Shown here piece after piece: positions 9,975 through 19,914 of a stretch of DNA of 64,000 nucleotides (position 1 is its first letter; each line of letters opens with the position of its first letter). The notes beneath the pieces are model-generated. The model saw nothing but the letters and a program-made list of their open reading frames with translations, had not been told where the DNA came from and searched no databases. Source of the DNA: an uncultured Acidobacteriota bacterium. GTDB lineage: Bacteria > Acidobacteriota > Thermoanaerobaculia > UBA5066 > DATFVB01. The DNA lies in contig CAWEYG010000001.1 of assembly GCA_963813155.1 (NCBI GenBank), positions 860,347 through 924,346 on the forward strand. Direction: 5' to 3'. A program made the position numbers and the translations under genes.

Positions 9975-12554
9975 TCACTTCAGTCCGCAGATCAAGTACA
10001 GGTCCGAGAGCTCGCGCGTGAAGTTGTAGGCGTACGATTTTCCATCCGCCGACATCGCGATCGTCCAAATTCGGGTGACGCCGGCGGGGTCGGCTGGCAT
10101 CAGCTCCAGCCAGGGCGTGCGTTTTCCGGTGACGATGTCGAGGCGAAACACCCGCGCCGGAACCTCGTTCCGCTTGAAGACGAACAGGGAATGTCCGTCG
10201 TCGGCCCAGCGGATGATGACGTCGTCCTCTTCGAACCCGGGAACCGCCCGCGGTTCTCCACCCTCGGTTGGAAAGACCTGCGTCGTGCTGCCCTTCGGGC
10301 TGCGATGGTTCAGCGCGACCAGCCTGCCGTCCGGCGAAATCGGTATTTCGCCGATGTAAGCGTCGAACCCGTCCGGCGAGATTTGCCGGTAGCTCTTCCC
10401 TTCGAGGTCGATCGAAAAAACGCGGGTTTGACCGTTCGAAAGGATTCCGCTCTCGAGAATTCGGCGGCCGTCGGGAAACAGCCATCCCCCCCCGATGTCG
10501 ATGGGAGCCGGAATCCGCTTGGTCTCTCCCGCGCCGGTCGGAACGAGAAGGAATGTGTTCTTGGATCCCAGCGCCTGCGCGAGGACCCATTTTCCGTCTG
10601 ACGAGAAATCGCTCGCGACTCCCGCTCCGAGGCGGATCGCGGGCGAGCCGTCGGTCGCCCGGAAGTAGAAGACGTCGCCCGGCCCGATGCCGAGATTGCC
10701 TTCCGAGAGGAGAAGCGCGCGGCCGTCGGCCGAGATATCGGCGACGCGGCTGCTGTCGTGCCAGGCGAGATCGCTTTCGCGCGAGGCCGCCCCCCGATAC
10801 ATCACGCTCGACTGGCGGCGGACGAGGCTGACGAGGAGATCGCCGTTCCGGGAGATGTCCTGGAGCGTCATCGCTCCGGCCGCGCGGTAAACGAGCCGCC
10901 GCCCGCCGGTGGGAGTGACGGCCCAGAGATTCGTCGCGCCTCCGGGCTCGCCCGACGTGAACCAGACTTCCTTGCCGCCGGCGCCCCAGGCCAGACCCGA
11001 GGCATCGTCTTCACCCAGGACTTTTTTCGCGCCCGCACGGTCCGCGAGGAAGACGGAGGAGCCGGACCACGGAGGCAGGCCCGCGGCGACGGCCATCCGC
11101 CTGCCGTCCGGAGAGATCCGCAGGAAGCGCACGCTGACGTGCTCCTCGAGGAGCGGCTTCCCTTGCGGAAACTCGATCACGAACTTCACTCCCGAATCCA
11201 GACGAACGATCGCGAGCGCGCTCCCGTCGGGACTCCAGTCGGCATCCAGGACGTTCTCGAGGAGCTCGCGGGGCGAGCCGCCGGCGAGCGGAACGCGCGC
11301 GAGCGTGCCGTGCATCTGGCCGGTCCAGAGGCGGGGATGGAGCTTCAAGGCGAGCTCGTCTCCGGAAGAGATCGACAGGAGCATCGCGTCGCCGATTCCG
11401 AGCGGCCGCGACTCCTGCCCGGCCAATCCGACGGAATAGATCTCCGAAGGCTTTCCCTCCCACTGGGCGGAATACACGACCGTCTTGCCGTCGGCCGCGA
11501 ATCGGGCGGTCGTCGCGGCGCCGCGCCGGAACGTCAGCCGCTGAAAAGACGGCGAAGCCGCCGGCGGGCGGAGGCCGCGATCGAGGAGGACTCCGGCCGC
11601 GAGCACGGCAACCGCGGCCGCAGCGAGCATGGCCGTCCGAACCGCGGGGCGTTGCCATCGGGACGCCGGGGCCGCCGCGGCCCGACCGCTCGCGGTTCCG
11701 ACGGCGCTCTCCGAGATCGTTTCCAGGGCGAACGCCACATCGCCGGCGGAGTGGAATCGCGCTTCCGGCGATTTCTCCAGGCAGTGGCGCACGATCCGGT
11801 CGAGCGCCGGCGAGACGTTGCGTCCCGACTCGAGGAGCTCCGGCGGCTCGTCCTTCAGGATGGAGTTCATCGTCTCGACCTGGGAGTCGCCCTTGAACGC
11901 GCGCCGGCCCGACAGCATCTCGTAGAGGATCGCGCCGAAGGAAAAGATGTCGGTCCGCGCGTCGAGCTCCCGCGCCCGAACCTGCTCCGGAGACATGTAG
12001 CCGATCGTCCCCATCACGGTTCCCGGCTCCGTGCCGGCGGGAGTCGTCGGCGCGCTCGTCTGCGCGGTCTCGCGGCTGACGACCTTCGCGAGACCGAAGT
12101 CGAGGATCTTCACGCGGCCGTCGGAAGTGAGGAAGACGTTTTCCGGTTTCAAATCCCGGTGGATGATTCCCTTCTCGTGCGCGGCGGCGAGGCCCCGGGC
12201 GATCTGAATACCGATCTCGACGGCCTTTCGCTGCGGTAGAGCGCCCCCGTCGAGGCGGCCGCGCAGGTCTCCTCCCTCGAGCAGCTCCATGACCGCGAAG
12301 GAAACGCCGTTCGAATTGCCGAAATCGTGGATCGCGAGGATGTTCGGGTGGTTCAGCGCCGCGACGGCTTTGGCTTCCCTCTCGAAACGGGCGAGCATGT
12401 CGCGATCGGCGGAGAGGGATTCGGGCAGCACTTTGATCGCGACGTCGCGGTCGAGCTTCGTATCGCGCGCTCGGTACACTTCTCCCATACCGCCGGCACC
12501 GATCGGAGACAGGATTTCGTACGGCCCCAGCCGTGTGCCGGATGCCAGGCTCAA
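9975..12554 (-). CDS. Membrane Ser/Thr kinase with PD40/WD40-like beta-propeller sensor domain
   Basis: Intact kinase motifs, TM segment, multiple (W/I)SPDG repeats; TTG start. Confidence 0.93.
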   Translation of the reverse strand: MSLASGTRLGPYEILSPIGAGGMGEVYRARDTKLDRDVAIKVLPESLSADRDMLARFEREAKAVAALNHPNILAIHDFGNSNGVSFAVMELLEGGDLRGRLDGGALPQRKAVEIGIQIARGLAAAHEKGIIHRDLKPENVFLTSDGRVKILDFGLAKVVSRETAQTSAPTTPAGTEPGTVMGTIGYMSPEQVRARELDARTDIFSFGAILYEMLSGRRAFKGDSQVETMNSILKDEPPELLESGRNVSPALDRIVRHCLEKSPEARFHSAGDVAFALETISESAVGTASGRAAAAPASRWQRPAVRTAMLAAAAVAVLAAGVLLDRGLRPPAASPSFQRLTFRRGAATTARFAADGKTVVYSAQWEGKPSEIYSVGLAGQESRPLGIGDAMLLSISSGDELALKLHPRLWTGQMHGTLARVPLAGGSPRELLENVLDADWSPDGSALAIVRLDSGVKFVIEFPQGKPLLEEHVSVRFLRISPDGRRMAVAAGLPPWSGSSVFLADRAGAKKVLGEDDASGLAWGAGGKEVWFTSGEPGGATNLWAVTPTGGRRLVYRAAGAMTLQDISRNGDLLVSLVRRQSSVMYRGAASRESDLAWHDSSRVADISADGRALLLSEGNLGIGPGDVFYFRATDGSPAIRLGAGVASDFSSDGKWVLAQALGSKNTFLLVPTGAGETKRIPAPIDIGGGWLFPDGRRILESGILSNGQTRVFSIDLEGKSYRQISPDGFDAYIGEIPISPDGRLVALNHRSPKGSTTQVFPTEGGEPRAVPGFEEDDVIIRWADDGHSLFVFKRNEVPARVFRLDIVTGKRTPWLELMPADPAGVTRIWTIAMSADGKSYAYNFTRELSDLYLICGLK

Positions 12555-12564
12555 GCGGTGCCCC

Positions 12565-12597
12565 TCAATTCAAAATTCGTCATTCAGAATTCAATTC
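12565..12597 (-). repeat. AT-rich short tandem repeat (GAATT/GAATTYT-like) in the kinase 5' leader
   Basis: Minus strand GAATT GAATTCT GAATGAC GAATTTT GAATT GA in a high-GC background. Confidence 0.6.
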
Positions 12598-12668
12598 TTT
12601 GTCCAGTGGACGCGATTCTATCGCCGCGCGTTATCTTCCTCGGGAACAATGCGGCTGCAGCCGCCCGG

Positions 12669-15362
12669 CTAGGGGTTCGTCATCTGCCAGATGTCGCCCT
12701 GGCTGTCGTCCCTCACGAAGTAGAGGGTCCGGTCGTCCCGCGAAAGGGCGAATGCGCCGCCCGCCCCGAATCGAAAATCCAGCGGCGCGAGACCCGCCGA
12801 CTGGCCGACCGGCGTCGTTCGACCGTCCTTCGTGTCCAGCAACGTGAGGCGCCCTTCGTTCAAGTAGAGCAGCCTGCGGCCGTCGGACAGCCAGAGCGGC
12901 GAGACCCCGGCGCGGGTCATCGGAAGGAACTCGCGAGTGCCGAGCGCGTAGGTGACGATCCCTGGAACCGCGACCCCATTTGCGTGCCAGATCTCGCCGA
13001 CGAGCCGCTCGCCGTCGGGAGACCAGTCGTTGGCGAAAAACGTGTCGCCCGCGGCGTTGACCTTCGGCAGAGGAACGCACGCGGGGGAGCTGGAGTGTTT
13101 CGTCATTTCCAGGATGCACGTGTCGGTCGCCGAGAGCACGAGCAGCCGCGAGCCGTCCGGCGACCAGCGGCCTTCGACGGCGCCGCCGGGCAGCGAGGTC
13201 GCGCGCGTCAACTGGCTGCCGTCCGAACGAATCTTCCAGATCTGATAGCCGCCGCCGTCCCGATTGGAGTGGAACGAGACCCACCGCCCGTCGGGCGACC
13301 ATCGGGCGCCGCGCCGCCGGTCGCGGTCCGACGTCAGCTGCTGAAGTCCCGACCCGTCGAGCCCCACGAGAAACAGGTTCTCCGTGGGCTGCGCCGACGT
13401 GAACGCGACGGACCGGCCGTCCGGCGACAGGCTCAGGCTCTCGATGCCCTGCGACCCCTCGTAAACCCGGTCCGGAGACCCCGTCAGCGCGGCGGCGGCC
13501 GGGTCGAACCTCGCTTTTTCCACGGCCATCCGCCGCTCCAGCGCCGCATAGAGGAGCCGGCGGCCGTCCTTCGACACCGACATTTGCCCGCTCCAGAGCG
13601 CGGGAACCGTCAGAGGCTGCGCAGGACCGGTGATCCTCCCCGTCCGCTCCGAGATCGGAACGCGCCAGAGCGACGTGGCCCCGGCCCGGTCGCTCGCGAA
13701 GTACAGGCTTCGCCCGTCCGGCGCCCAGACCGGGTCCCAGTTGAGGGCGTTGTCGGAAGTGACTGCCACCGGAGCGGCTCCGCCGGCCGCGATCGTCCAG
13801 ATCGTGCGGCGGGCCGTGCCCTTCGGCAGGCCCCAGTACGCGATCCGATCCCCGTGGGGCGACCAGCTCGGCTGGACGGCGTCGTCCGCCGGAAGCCGGT
13901 TTCGCTCCCCCGTCGCGACGTTCAGGATCCACAGATCGCTCGACCTCTCCCGGATCGACGCGTCGAACACCCCCTCGCTCGCGAAGGCGATCTTCGAACC
14001 GTCGGGCGACCACGACGGATTGAAACCGAAGTCCGTGAGGCGCCGAACCGACTCGCCCGTGGCCCCCATCACGAACAGGCCTCCGCCCTGCCGCTCGGAT
14101 CGGAACACGATCTGCTCGCCGTCCGGCGAGAACGCGGGTTGATCGTCGTCGAACTTGCAGTCCGCGGTCAGGTCGATCGCGTTGCGGCCCCCGATGCGCT
14201 GGAGAAAGACGTCCCTGTTTCCGGCCGCCGTGCTCACGAACGCGAATGTCCGCCCGTCGGGCGACAGGCTCGGAAAGGTCTCGAGCCCCGGCTGGAACGT
14301 CAGCTGAGAGAACTCCGTCGAAGGAGGTCCGCCCCGCGCGCCGATCCACCGAAAGCCGCCGGCGAGCCACGCCATTCCCGCGCCCAGGAGCAGCGCCGCG
14401 GCGATCGCGAGCCACGCGGGAAACTTGCGGCTCGCGCCCGCCTCCGCCGGCGCAGCGAGGGAAGCCGCCGGGGACGCCGAATGTTCGGGAGGCATCGCCT
14501 CCGCCAGGTGGTCCCGCAGCATGGCGATGTCCCGGGCAAGGTCGTCGGTCGAGACGTAGCGCCCGTCCGGCAGCTTGCTCAAGCATCGCGCGACGATCCA
14601 CCGGAGGGCCGTCGGCACGGACGCGTCGTCCGGCGAAATCGGCTGGGGCCCGTCGTGAAGGATCGAGGCGAGCGTGTCGACCGCCGTCTCCTTTTGAAAC
14701 GCGCGCCGGCCGGTTGCCATCTCGTAGAGGATCGCGCCGAAAGAGAACTGATCGGAGCGGTGGTCGGCCGACTCCATCTTGGCCTGTTCGGGCGACATGT
14801 AGCCGACCGTGCCGACGATCATTCCCGGCTCGGTCGGAAAGACGACCCGCACGGTGGGGGACCGGGCCGCGAGCGGTTTCTCCGGCGCGAGCTTCGCGAT
14901 TCCAAAATCGAGGATCTTCACCTGGTCGTCGCGCGCGACCATGACGTTCTCCGGCTTCAGGTCGCGGTGAAAAATGCCCGCGTCGTGCGCGCACGCCATC
15001 CCCTGAGCGATCCCCGAGGCGATCTTCAGGAGGCGGCGAATCGGCAGCGGACCGGCGCCGAGAATCTCGCGCAGGCTCTTGCCGTCGATCAGCTCCATGG
15101 CGAAAAAAAACGAACCCTCGTCGCGCCCGATGTCGTAGATGGTGACGATGTTCGGGTGGTTCAGGGCCGAGGCGGACCGCGCCTCCTGCTCGAAGCGGGC
15201 GAGGACCCAGCCGTCCTGCGAGAACGTCGCGCGAAGGACCTTGAGCGCGACGCGCCGCCCGAGCCGGCGGTCCTCGGCGCGGTACACCTGCCCCATCGCG
15301 CCCTCGCCGACCGGGTCGAGGACTTCGTAGTGCCCAAGGCGCGTTCCCGAAGGGAGGCTCAC
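12669..15362 (-). CDS. Membrane Ser/Thr kinase with TolB/PD40 beta-propellers
   Basis: [20 protein letters not shown]; TM segment; many P.WSPDG repeats; GTG start after GGAG. Confidence 0.93.
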   Translation of the reverse strand: MSLPSGTRLGHYEVLDPVGEGAMGQVYRAEDRRLGRRVALKVLRATFSQDGWVLARFEQEARSASALNHPNIVTIYDIGRDEGSFFFAMELIDGKSLREILGAGPLPIRRLLKIASGIAQGMACAHDAGIFHRDLKPENVMVARDDQVKILDFGIAKLAPEKPLAARSPTVRVVFPTEPGMIVGTVGYMSPEQAKMESADHRSDQFSFGAILYEMATGRRAFQKETAVDTLASILHDGPQPISPDDASVPTALRWIVARCLSKLPDGRYVSTDDLARDIAMLRDHLAEAMPPEHSASPAASLAAPAEAGASRKFPAWLAIAAALLLGAGMAWLAGGFRWIGARGGPPSTEFSQLTFQPGLETFPSLSPDGRTFAFVSTAAGNRDVFLQRIGGRNAIDLTADCKFDDDQPAFSPDGEQIVFRSERQGGGLFVMGATGESVRRLTDFGFNPSWSPDGSKIAFASEGVFDASIRERSSDLWILNVATGERNRLPADDAVQPSWSPHGDRIAYWGLPKGTARRTIWTIAAGGAAPVAVTSDNALNWDPVWAPDGRSLYFASDRAGATSLWRVPISERTGRITGPAQPLTVPALWSGQMSVSKDGRRLLYAALERRMAVEKARFDPAAAALTGSPDRVYEGSQGIESLSLSPDGRSVAFTSAQPTENLFLVGLDGSGLQQLTSDRDRRRGARWSPDGRWVSFHSNRDGGGYQIWKIRSDGSQLTRATSLPGGAVEGRWSPDGSRLLVLSATDTCILEMTKHSSSPACVPLPKVNAAGDTFFANDWSPDGERLVGEIWHANGVAVPGIVTYALGTREFLPMTRAGVSPLWLSDGRRLLYLNEGRLTLLDTKDGRTTPVGQSAGLAPLDFRFGAGGAFALSRDDRTLYFVRDDSQGDIWQMTNP

Positions 15363-15393
15363 CGATTTCTCCAGTGGGGCGATTCTACGCTTC

Positions 15394-16713
15394 TCAGTCT
15401 CCCCCGCGGGCGCTCTCGTAGGCGACGCCGTCCTCGGTCAGGCCGATGAGCCTCGTCGCCCGGCCGCTCGAACCGATCTCGAAGCGAAGCCGGAACGTCT
15501 CCTCTCCCTCGAGTCCGAACGTGGAACCGAAGAGAGGAACGAGGCGGGTCGGCGCGAGGTCCCGGTAGCGGATCGAGAGCGTGTTGCCCTCGCGGCGCAC
15601 GGTCCTCGGGCCATAGCTCCCGACGTATCGATCGGCCTGCTCGGCCGACAGTGTCGCGGGTTGCAGGCGCGCCTCGACCGAGGTCCTCGCCCAGTCGAGC
15701 TGCGCCTTCTGCCGAGGATCCGAGGCAGAGGAAGAAAGGGCGGCCAGCGCCCGGCCGTACGCGACGTCGCGCGCGGACGCTTCCGGAGAGGCGACGTCGG
15801 GCGCGACGCCCGAGCCTTCCCAGTTCGTCTTCGTGACGGGATTCACCGACCGGGCCGTCGGAACGAACACCTGGAACGGACCTCCGAGCGGAAAGAAATC
15901 ACCCGGATTCGCTCCTCCCCCCGTGCGCTCGCCGACGATCGTCGCCCTTTTCAGGGCTTGCAGGTCGTAGGCGAACTCCTCCGCGGCGGAGAACGTGCGA
16001 CGGCTCGTCAGCACGAAAACCGGGATACGGGTCAGCTTCTTTCCGCGGACGACCTCGTTCGTCCAGAACTGCTCGATGTTCGCCGAACCGCTTTGGCCGC
16101 GGGACTCCCTGTCGTTCAGGTGCGTCCGGGTTTCGAAGAGGTACGACGCGAGGAAGCCGATCATCGCGCCGTCTCCCCCTCCGTTGTTCCGCAGGTCGAA
16201 GATCAGCGCGTCGCAGTTCGCGATCAGGTTCATCGCGGCGACCGCCGTGTCGCCGCCCATGCCCGGGTCGTCGAAGGAGCGCAGGTCGATGTACCCGACG
16301 TTTCCTTCGAGCCGAGCGGCCGTCTCGAAACCGAAGTTGTTCCGGCGTTGATTTTCGCGGTCGCGCCGCTCCCGGTCTCCGTCGTCCGCCGGAGGCTTCG
16401 CCGAGATCCATTGAACGACGAGGTGGCGGTCCCCCGCGACGCCCTGCATGTCGCGCGTGATGGCCTGTGCGAAATCCGAATCGCTCCGCTCGCGGGAATA
16501 CGCGCCCGATTCCTTTTTCGCGAGAATCGTCTCCGCCGCTTTCGCTCCCTTCTCCGCGAAGACGTACTTCTCGCGGAGCAGGCTCGCGAGCCTGTCGACG
16601 GCGGCTTCCCGCACCGAAGCGGACGCGCCCTCCGGCGCCTGCGCCCGCGCGGCCGAAGCCGTTGAGAACAGGAGCGCGCATCCCAGGGCAAACCGGTTTC
16701 GCCTTCGACTCAT
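15394..16713 (-). CDS. Secreted S41-family peptidase (IRBP/CtpA-like)
   Basis: GNVGYIDL, IFDLRNNGGG, TFSAAEEFAY, IVGERTGGGA, WEGSGVAPD motifs; signal peptide. Confidence 0.92.
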   Translation of the reverse strand: MSRRRNRFALGCALLFSTASAARAQAPEGASASVREAAVDRLASLLREKYVFAEKGAKAAETILAKKESGAYSRERSDSDFAQAITRDMQGVAGDRHLVVQWISAKPPADDGDRERRDRENQRRNNFGFETAARLEGNVGYIDLRSFDDPGMGGDTAVAAMNLIANCDALIFDLRNNGGGDGAMIGFLASYLFETRTHLNDRESRGQSGSANIEQFWTNEVVRGKKLTRIPVFVLTSRRTFSAAEEFAYDLQALKRATIVGERTGGGANPGDFFPLGGPFQVFVPTARSVNPVTKTNWEGSGVAPDVASPEASARDVAYGRALAALSSSASDPRQKAQLDWARTSVEARLQPATLSAEQADRYVGSYGPRTVRREGNTLSIRYRDLAPTRLVPLFGSTFGLEGEETFRLRFEIGSSGRATRLIGLTEDGVAYESARGGD

Positions 16714-16824
16714 GGGGCCTCCCCAGGCGACGGTACGAGAGGGCGGGAGGATTCGCTATCGAATTGTTGCAGCCCGCGGGAACAATTCCGCCTCCCCTGC
16801 GTAGGGTGTGCTGGAGGTACTTCG

Positions 16825-17397
16825 ATGCGCAGAGCCTTTCTCTTCCTCGGCGCGTTCCTGCTCGCGGCGGCGGCCCTCGCCCAACCGAGCCCCTTTTCCG
16901 CCGACTTCGCCTCTGGCGGCAAGCTGCGAATCCACGCCCGCTCCGGCGAGGTTCACATCGTCGGCACCGACCAGAACAAGATCTCCGTCGAGGTGAGCGG
17001 CAAGAAAGCGAACCAGGCGGGCGACCTCCAGGTTCGGATGAAGGAGAAGGGCGGCGCGACGGAGCTCCGCGTCTCCGGCGGCCCCAAAAATGAAATCACC
17101 CTGACGATCCGAATCCCGCGCGACACCGACCTCTACGCGCGCATCCCGTTCGGGGAGGTTCACGTCGAAAACGTCCTCGGCAACAAGGACATCGAAATGC
17201 ACGCCGGCGACCTCACGGTCGCCGTGGGAGCCGCGGCCGCGTACGCGCGCGTCGACGCGTCGGTCTACACCGGAGAACTGGACGGCGCGGCCTTCGGCGA
17301 GGAGCACGGCGGCCTGTTCCGCTCGTTCAAGAAGAGCGGAAGCGGCAAGTACCGCCTGCACGCGCACGTGGGGGCGGGGCAGCTGACCCTGGAGTAG
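16825..17397 (+). CDS. Secreted DUF4097/adhesin-like beta-strand repeat protein
   Basis: Signal peptide; repeated beta-strand-G-E/D pattern; GGAGG RBS. Confidence 0.7.
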   Translation: MRRAFLFLGAFLLAAAALAQPSPFSADFASGGKLRIHARSGEVHIVGTDQNKISVEVSGKKANQAGDLQVRMKEKGGATELRVSGGPKNEITLTIRIPRDTDLYARIPFGEVHVENVLGNKDIEMHAGDLTVAVGAAAAYARVDASVYTGELDGAAFGEEHGGLFRSFKKSGSGKYRLHAHVGAGQLTLE

Positions 17398-17411
17398 AGT
17401 TCGATTCGATC

Positions 17412-17442
17412 TGGTATGATCCTGGTATGAGATCGCATACCA
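17412..17442 (+). promoter_or_regulatory. TA promoter/operator
   Basis: -10 TATGAT at 17415-17420, 6 nt before ATG; TGGTATG direct repeat and TGGTATG-N6-CATACCA palindrome over the start codon. Confidence 0.65.
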
Positions 17443-17690
17443 AATCCAGCATTACGCTGCCGCCGGCGGAATTGAAGCTCGTCGTCTCTCTCCAGGCGAA
17501 GCTCAAGGCGAAGACGAAAGTCGAGGTCGTGAGGCGGGGACTGCAGATGCTGCAGGACGAGACGGACCGCGAAAGCCTGCGGGACGCTTACCGGAAGGCC
17601 TCGCTCGCGACGCGCGCTTCGCTCGCCGACGAGTTGCCCGAGCTCGACCATCTCGCCTCTGAAGGGCTCGAAGGGCTCGACGAGTCGTGA
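17427..17690 (+). CDS. Antitoxin (RHH-like) of a type II TA pair
   Basis: 87 aa with beta-strand-helix-helix pattern (SSITLP..KTKVEVVRRGL) and acidic tail; GTGA overlap with the toxin. Confidence 0.75.
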   Translation: MRSHTKSSITLPPAELKLVVSLQAKLKAKTKVEVVRRGLQMLQDETDRESLRDAYRKASLATRASLADELPELDHLASEGLEGLDES

Positions 17691-18028
17691 AGGTCGAGCG
17701 CGGAACGCTCTACCTGGCAGACCTGAGCCCCCGCCTCGGTACAGAGGCCGGCAAAATCCGCCCGGTCCTCGTCATCCAAACCGACCTTCTCAACGTCGTC
17801 GGCCATCCCTCGACCTGGGTTCTGCCGTGCACGACGCGGCTCGCCGGCGACAACATCCTCCGTGTCTCGCTGCCCCGCCGGATCGCCGGTAACCGAGAGG
17901 ACTGCGAAATCATGATCGACCAGAGCCGCGCGATCGACAACCGACGCTTCGTCCGCCACTTGAAGCCGCTGCCCGCCCTGATCCTTCGCGAAGTGGAAGA
18001 AAAGCTCCGCCATCTCGCGGAGATCTGA
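17687..18028 (+). CDS. mazF: PemK/MazF-family endoribonuclease toxin
   Basis: RGTLYLADLSPRLGTEAGKIRPVLVIQ..IMIDQSRAIDNRR PemK signature. Confidence 0.92.
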   Translation: MKVERGTLYLADLSPRLGTEAGKIRPVLVIQTDLLNVVGHPSTWVLPCTTRLAGDNILRVSLPRRIAGNREDCEIMIDQSRAIDNRRFVRHLKPLPALILREVEEKLRHLAEI

Positions 18029-18043
18029 GGAAGCCGGATCGAC

Positions 18044-18073
18044 AAAGAAAAGGGCCGGCCCCGCGGCCGGCCC
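18044..18073 (-). terminator. Rho-independent terminator
   Basis: 9-bp stem GGGCCGGCC/GGCCGGCCC followed by TTTTCTTT on the minus strand, downstream of 18097-18438. Confidence 0.75.
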
Positions 18074-18096
18074 GAGATCTCCACCGGCGGGCGGGT

Positions 18097-18438
18097 TTAC
18101 ATCTTTTTCTTGTCCGACATCACGGTGACGGATTTCGCCATCATCTTGCCGTCCTTCATGTCGCACTTGACGCTGGCCATGGCGCCTTCCTTCATCTCGC
18201 CGGTGACTTTCGTGGAGTCGTCCCAGTAGCAGGTGGATTCCTTGCCCTTGGCATCCTTCATCATCATCATCTTGCCGGCCTTGTCCATCTTCGTGATGGT
18301 TCCCTTGCAGGCGACCATGTTCGAAGCCGCCATCTTGTCGTCCTTTTTCATCGAGCCGGACTTCATGGCGTCGTCGGCAAGGGCGACCGCGCCGGTACAC
18401 AGGAGAGCCGAGAGGGCGAGTGTTGCGAGTCGTTTCAA
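18097..18438 (-). CDS. Small secreted Met/Lys-rich protein, probable OB-fold
   Basis: AAGGAGG RBS + TTG; signal peptide; KGTITKMD..DDSTKV.G.MKEGA.ASV pattern; 16 Met in the mature part. Confidence 0.78.
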   Translation of the reverse strand: MKRLATLALSALLCTGAVALADDAMKSGSMKKDDKMAASNMVACKGTITKMDKAGKMMMMKDAKGKESTCYWDDSTKVTGEMKEGAMASVKCDMKDGKMMAKSVTVMSDKKKM

Positions 18439-18536
18439 GGGAGTCCTCCTTCGGTTGTCGCCGCGCGGGATGCGCGGAGACTCGTATCGAAGGATTCTAC
18501 GGCGGATCGGGAAAAACGGATGGGCCGACCCGGCGG

Positions 18537-19826
18537 TCAGCCGGCCGGAACCGAGTAGATCGCCGGCTCTTCGAGCTTCTCGGCGTCCGGGGCGCCGGAC
18601 TTTTCGTCGAACCGGCTCCACTGGGCGTTGCCAATGAAATAGAAGCGGCCCTTCGCGACGACGCCGAGCGTCGGCTCGGAAATGCGCGGGTCGTTCCACT
18701 CGAGCGTCTCGGAGCCGACGATCTTCTCGGCCCCCCGCGTCGAGCTTCAGGCGCACGACGCGGTTCGGCCGGGCGAGGTTCTGGGTCACGAAAAGCGAAT
18801 CGCCCGAGCGGTCCAGACCGTCGAGGCCGGTGAGAAAAATCGAATCCGGCGCGTCGACGTCCTCGACCTTTTTCGTCGCGATGTCGACCCGCGAAATCCC
18901 GCTCCCGTAATCCGCGACGAGCAGCGCTTTCCCGTCCCGCGTCAACGCCATCCCCTGCGGAGACCGGAACGTCCCCGGCGGCACGAAGACTTCCGCAGCG
19001 TCGGCCCCGGAAGAAATCCGGTAGATCGCGGAATCGACGCTGTCCGAGACGAAGACTCCTCCCGCGCCGTCGAGCGCGAGGTCGTTGCGCGACGTGCGGG
19101 CCCGGCCCCCGGGAGGTCGACGCGGCGCAGGAGCTTGCCGGTCTTCAGGTCATACACGTCGACACGCGACTTTCCTTCGAGTGCGCTCTCGAACCCCTGC
19201 ATCTGGGGAATGGCCGCGGTCGCAGCCCAGAGAACGCGGCGTTCCGGGTCGACCCGCAGGGCGAGGACGCCCCATGCGCCCGCGCTCGCGTCGACGAAAT
19301 CCGAAACCGATCCGTCGGGCCGGCGGCGTAGGATCTTTCGGCGGTGGACGCTGCTGACGAAGAAATCGCCGGCGGCCGGATCGAAGGCGATCCCCTCCGT
19401 CAGCAGGTCCTTCTCGCGCAGCTTGAACTCGAGGCGGGCGCGGGCGACGGCAGGTCTCGCGGACATCTTCGCGAGCGCGGCTTTCACGGCGGCGTACTCC
19501 GGCGAGGACCGGAGCGCCGCGAGCTCTCCGCTCTCCTCGACGCCGAAGTCGATGCCGCGATCGAGCAGGTGGACGAGCGCCGCGGCCGACTCGCGGAACC
19601 GTCCCGTCCGCGACGCGGCGAACGCGACGTTGAGCTCGAACGAAGCGCGGCCGGGACGAAGGACGAGCGCCTCGCTCGATTTTCGGTATGCGGTTTCGTA
19701 GTCCTTCGCGCGGTACGCCGCCCGCGCCTCGTCGGCCAGCGACCGGGCCGAGGACCCGGGAGCCGCGGCAGCCAGGACGGCAAGGAGCGTGGAAAGAAGA
19801 ATCGACGCGGGAAGGAAAGTCTTCAT
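18537..19826 (-). CDS. Secreted TPR + SMP-30/gluconolactonase-like beta-propeller protein (frameshifts near 19090 and 18730)
   Basis: Signal peptide; LLTEGIAFDP..FFVSSVHRRKI; SPQGMAL..LLVADY..GLDGL in the next frame; ends EPAIYSVPAG*. Confidence 0.75.
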
Positions 19827-19914
19827 CGGGAGATTCTAGCCGCGGGGCGCTCGACCGGCTGTCGGCTTCCTGCTCCGAGCGGATCGCCGGCCGAGCCCCC
19901 TTTACCGAGCCGCT

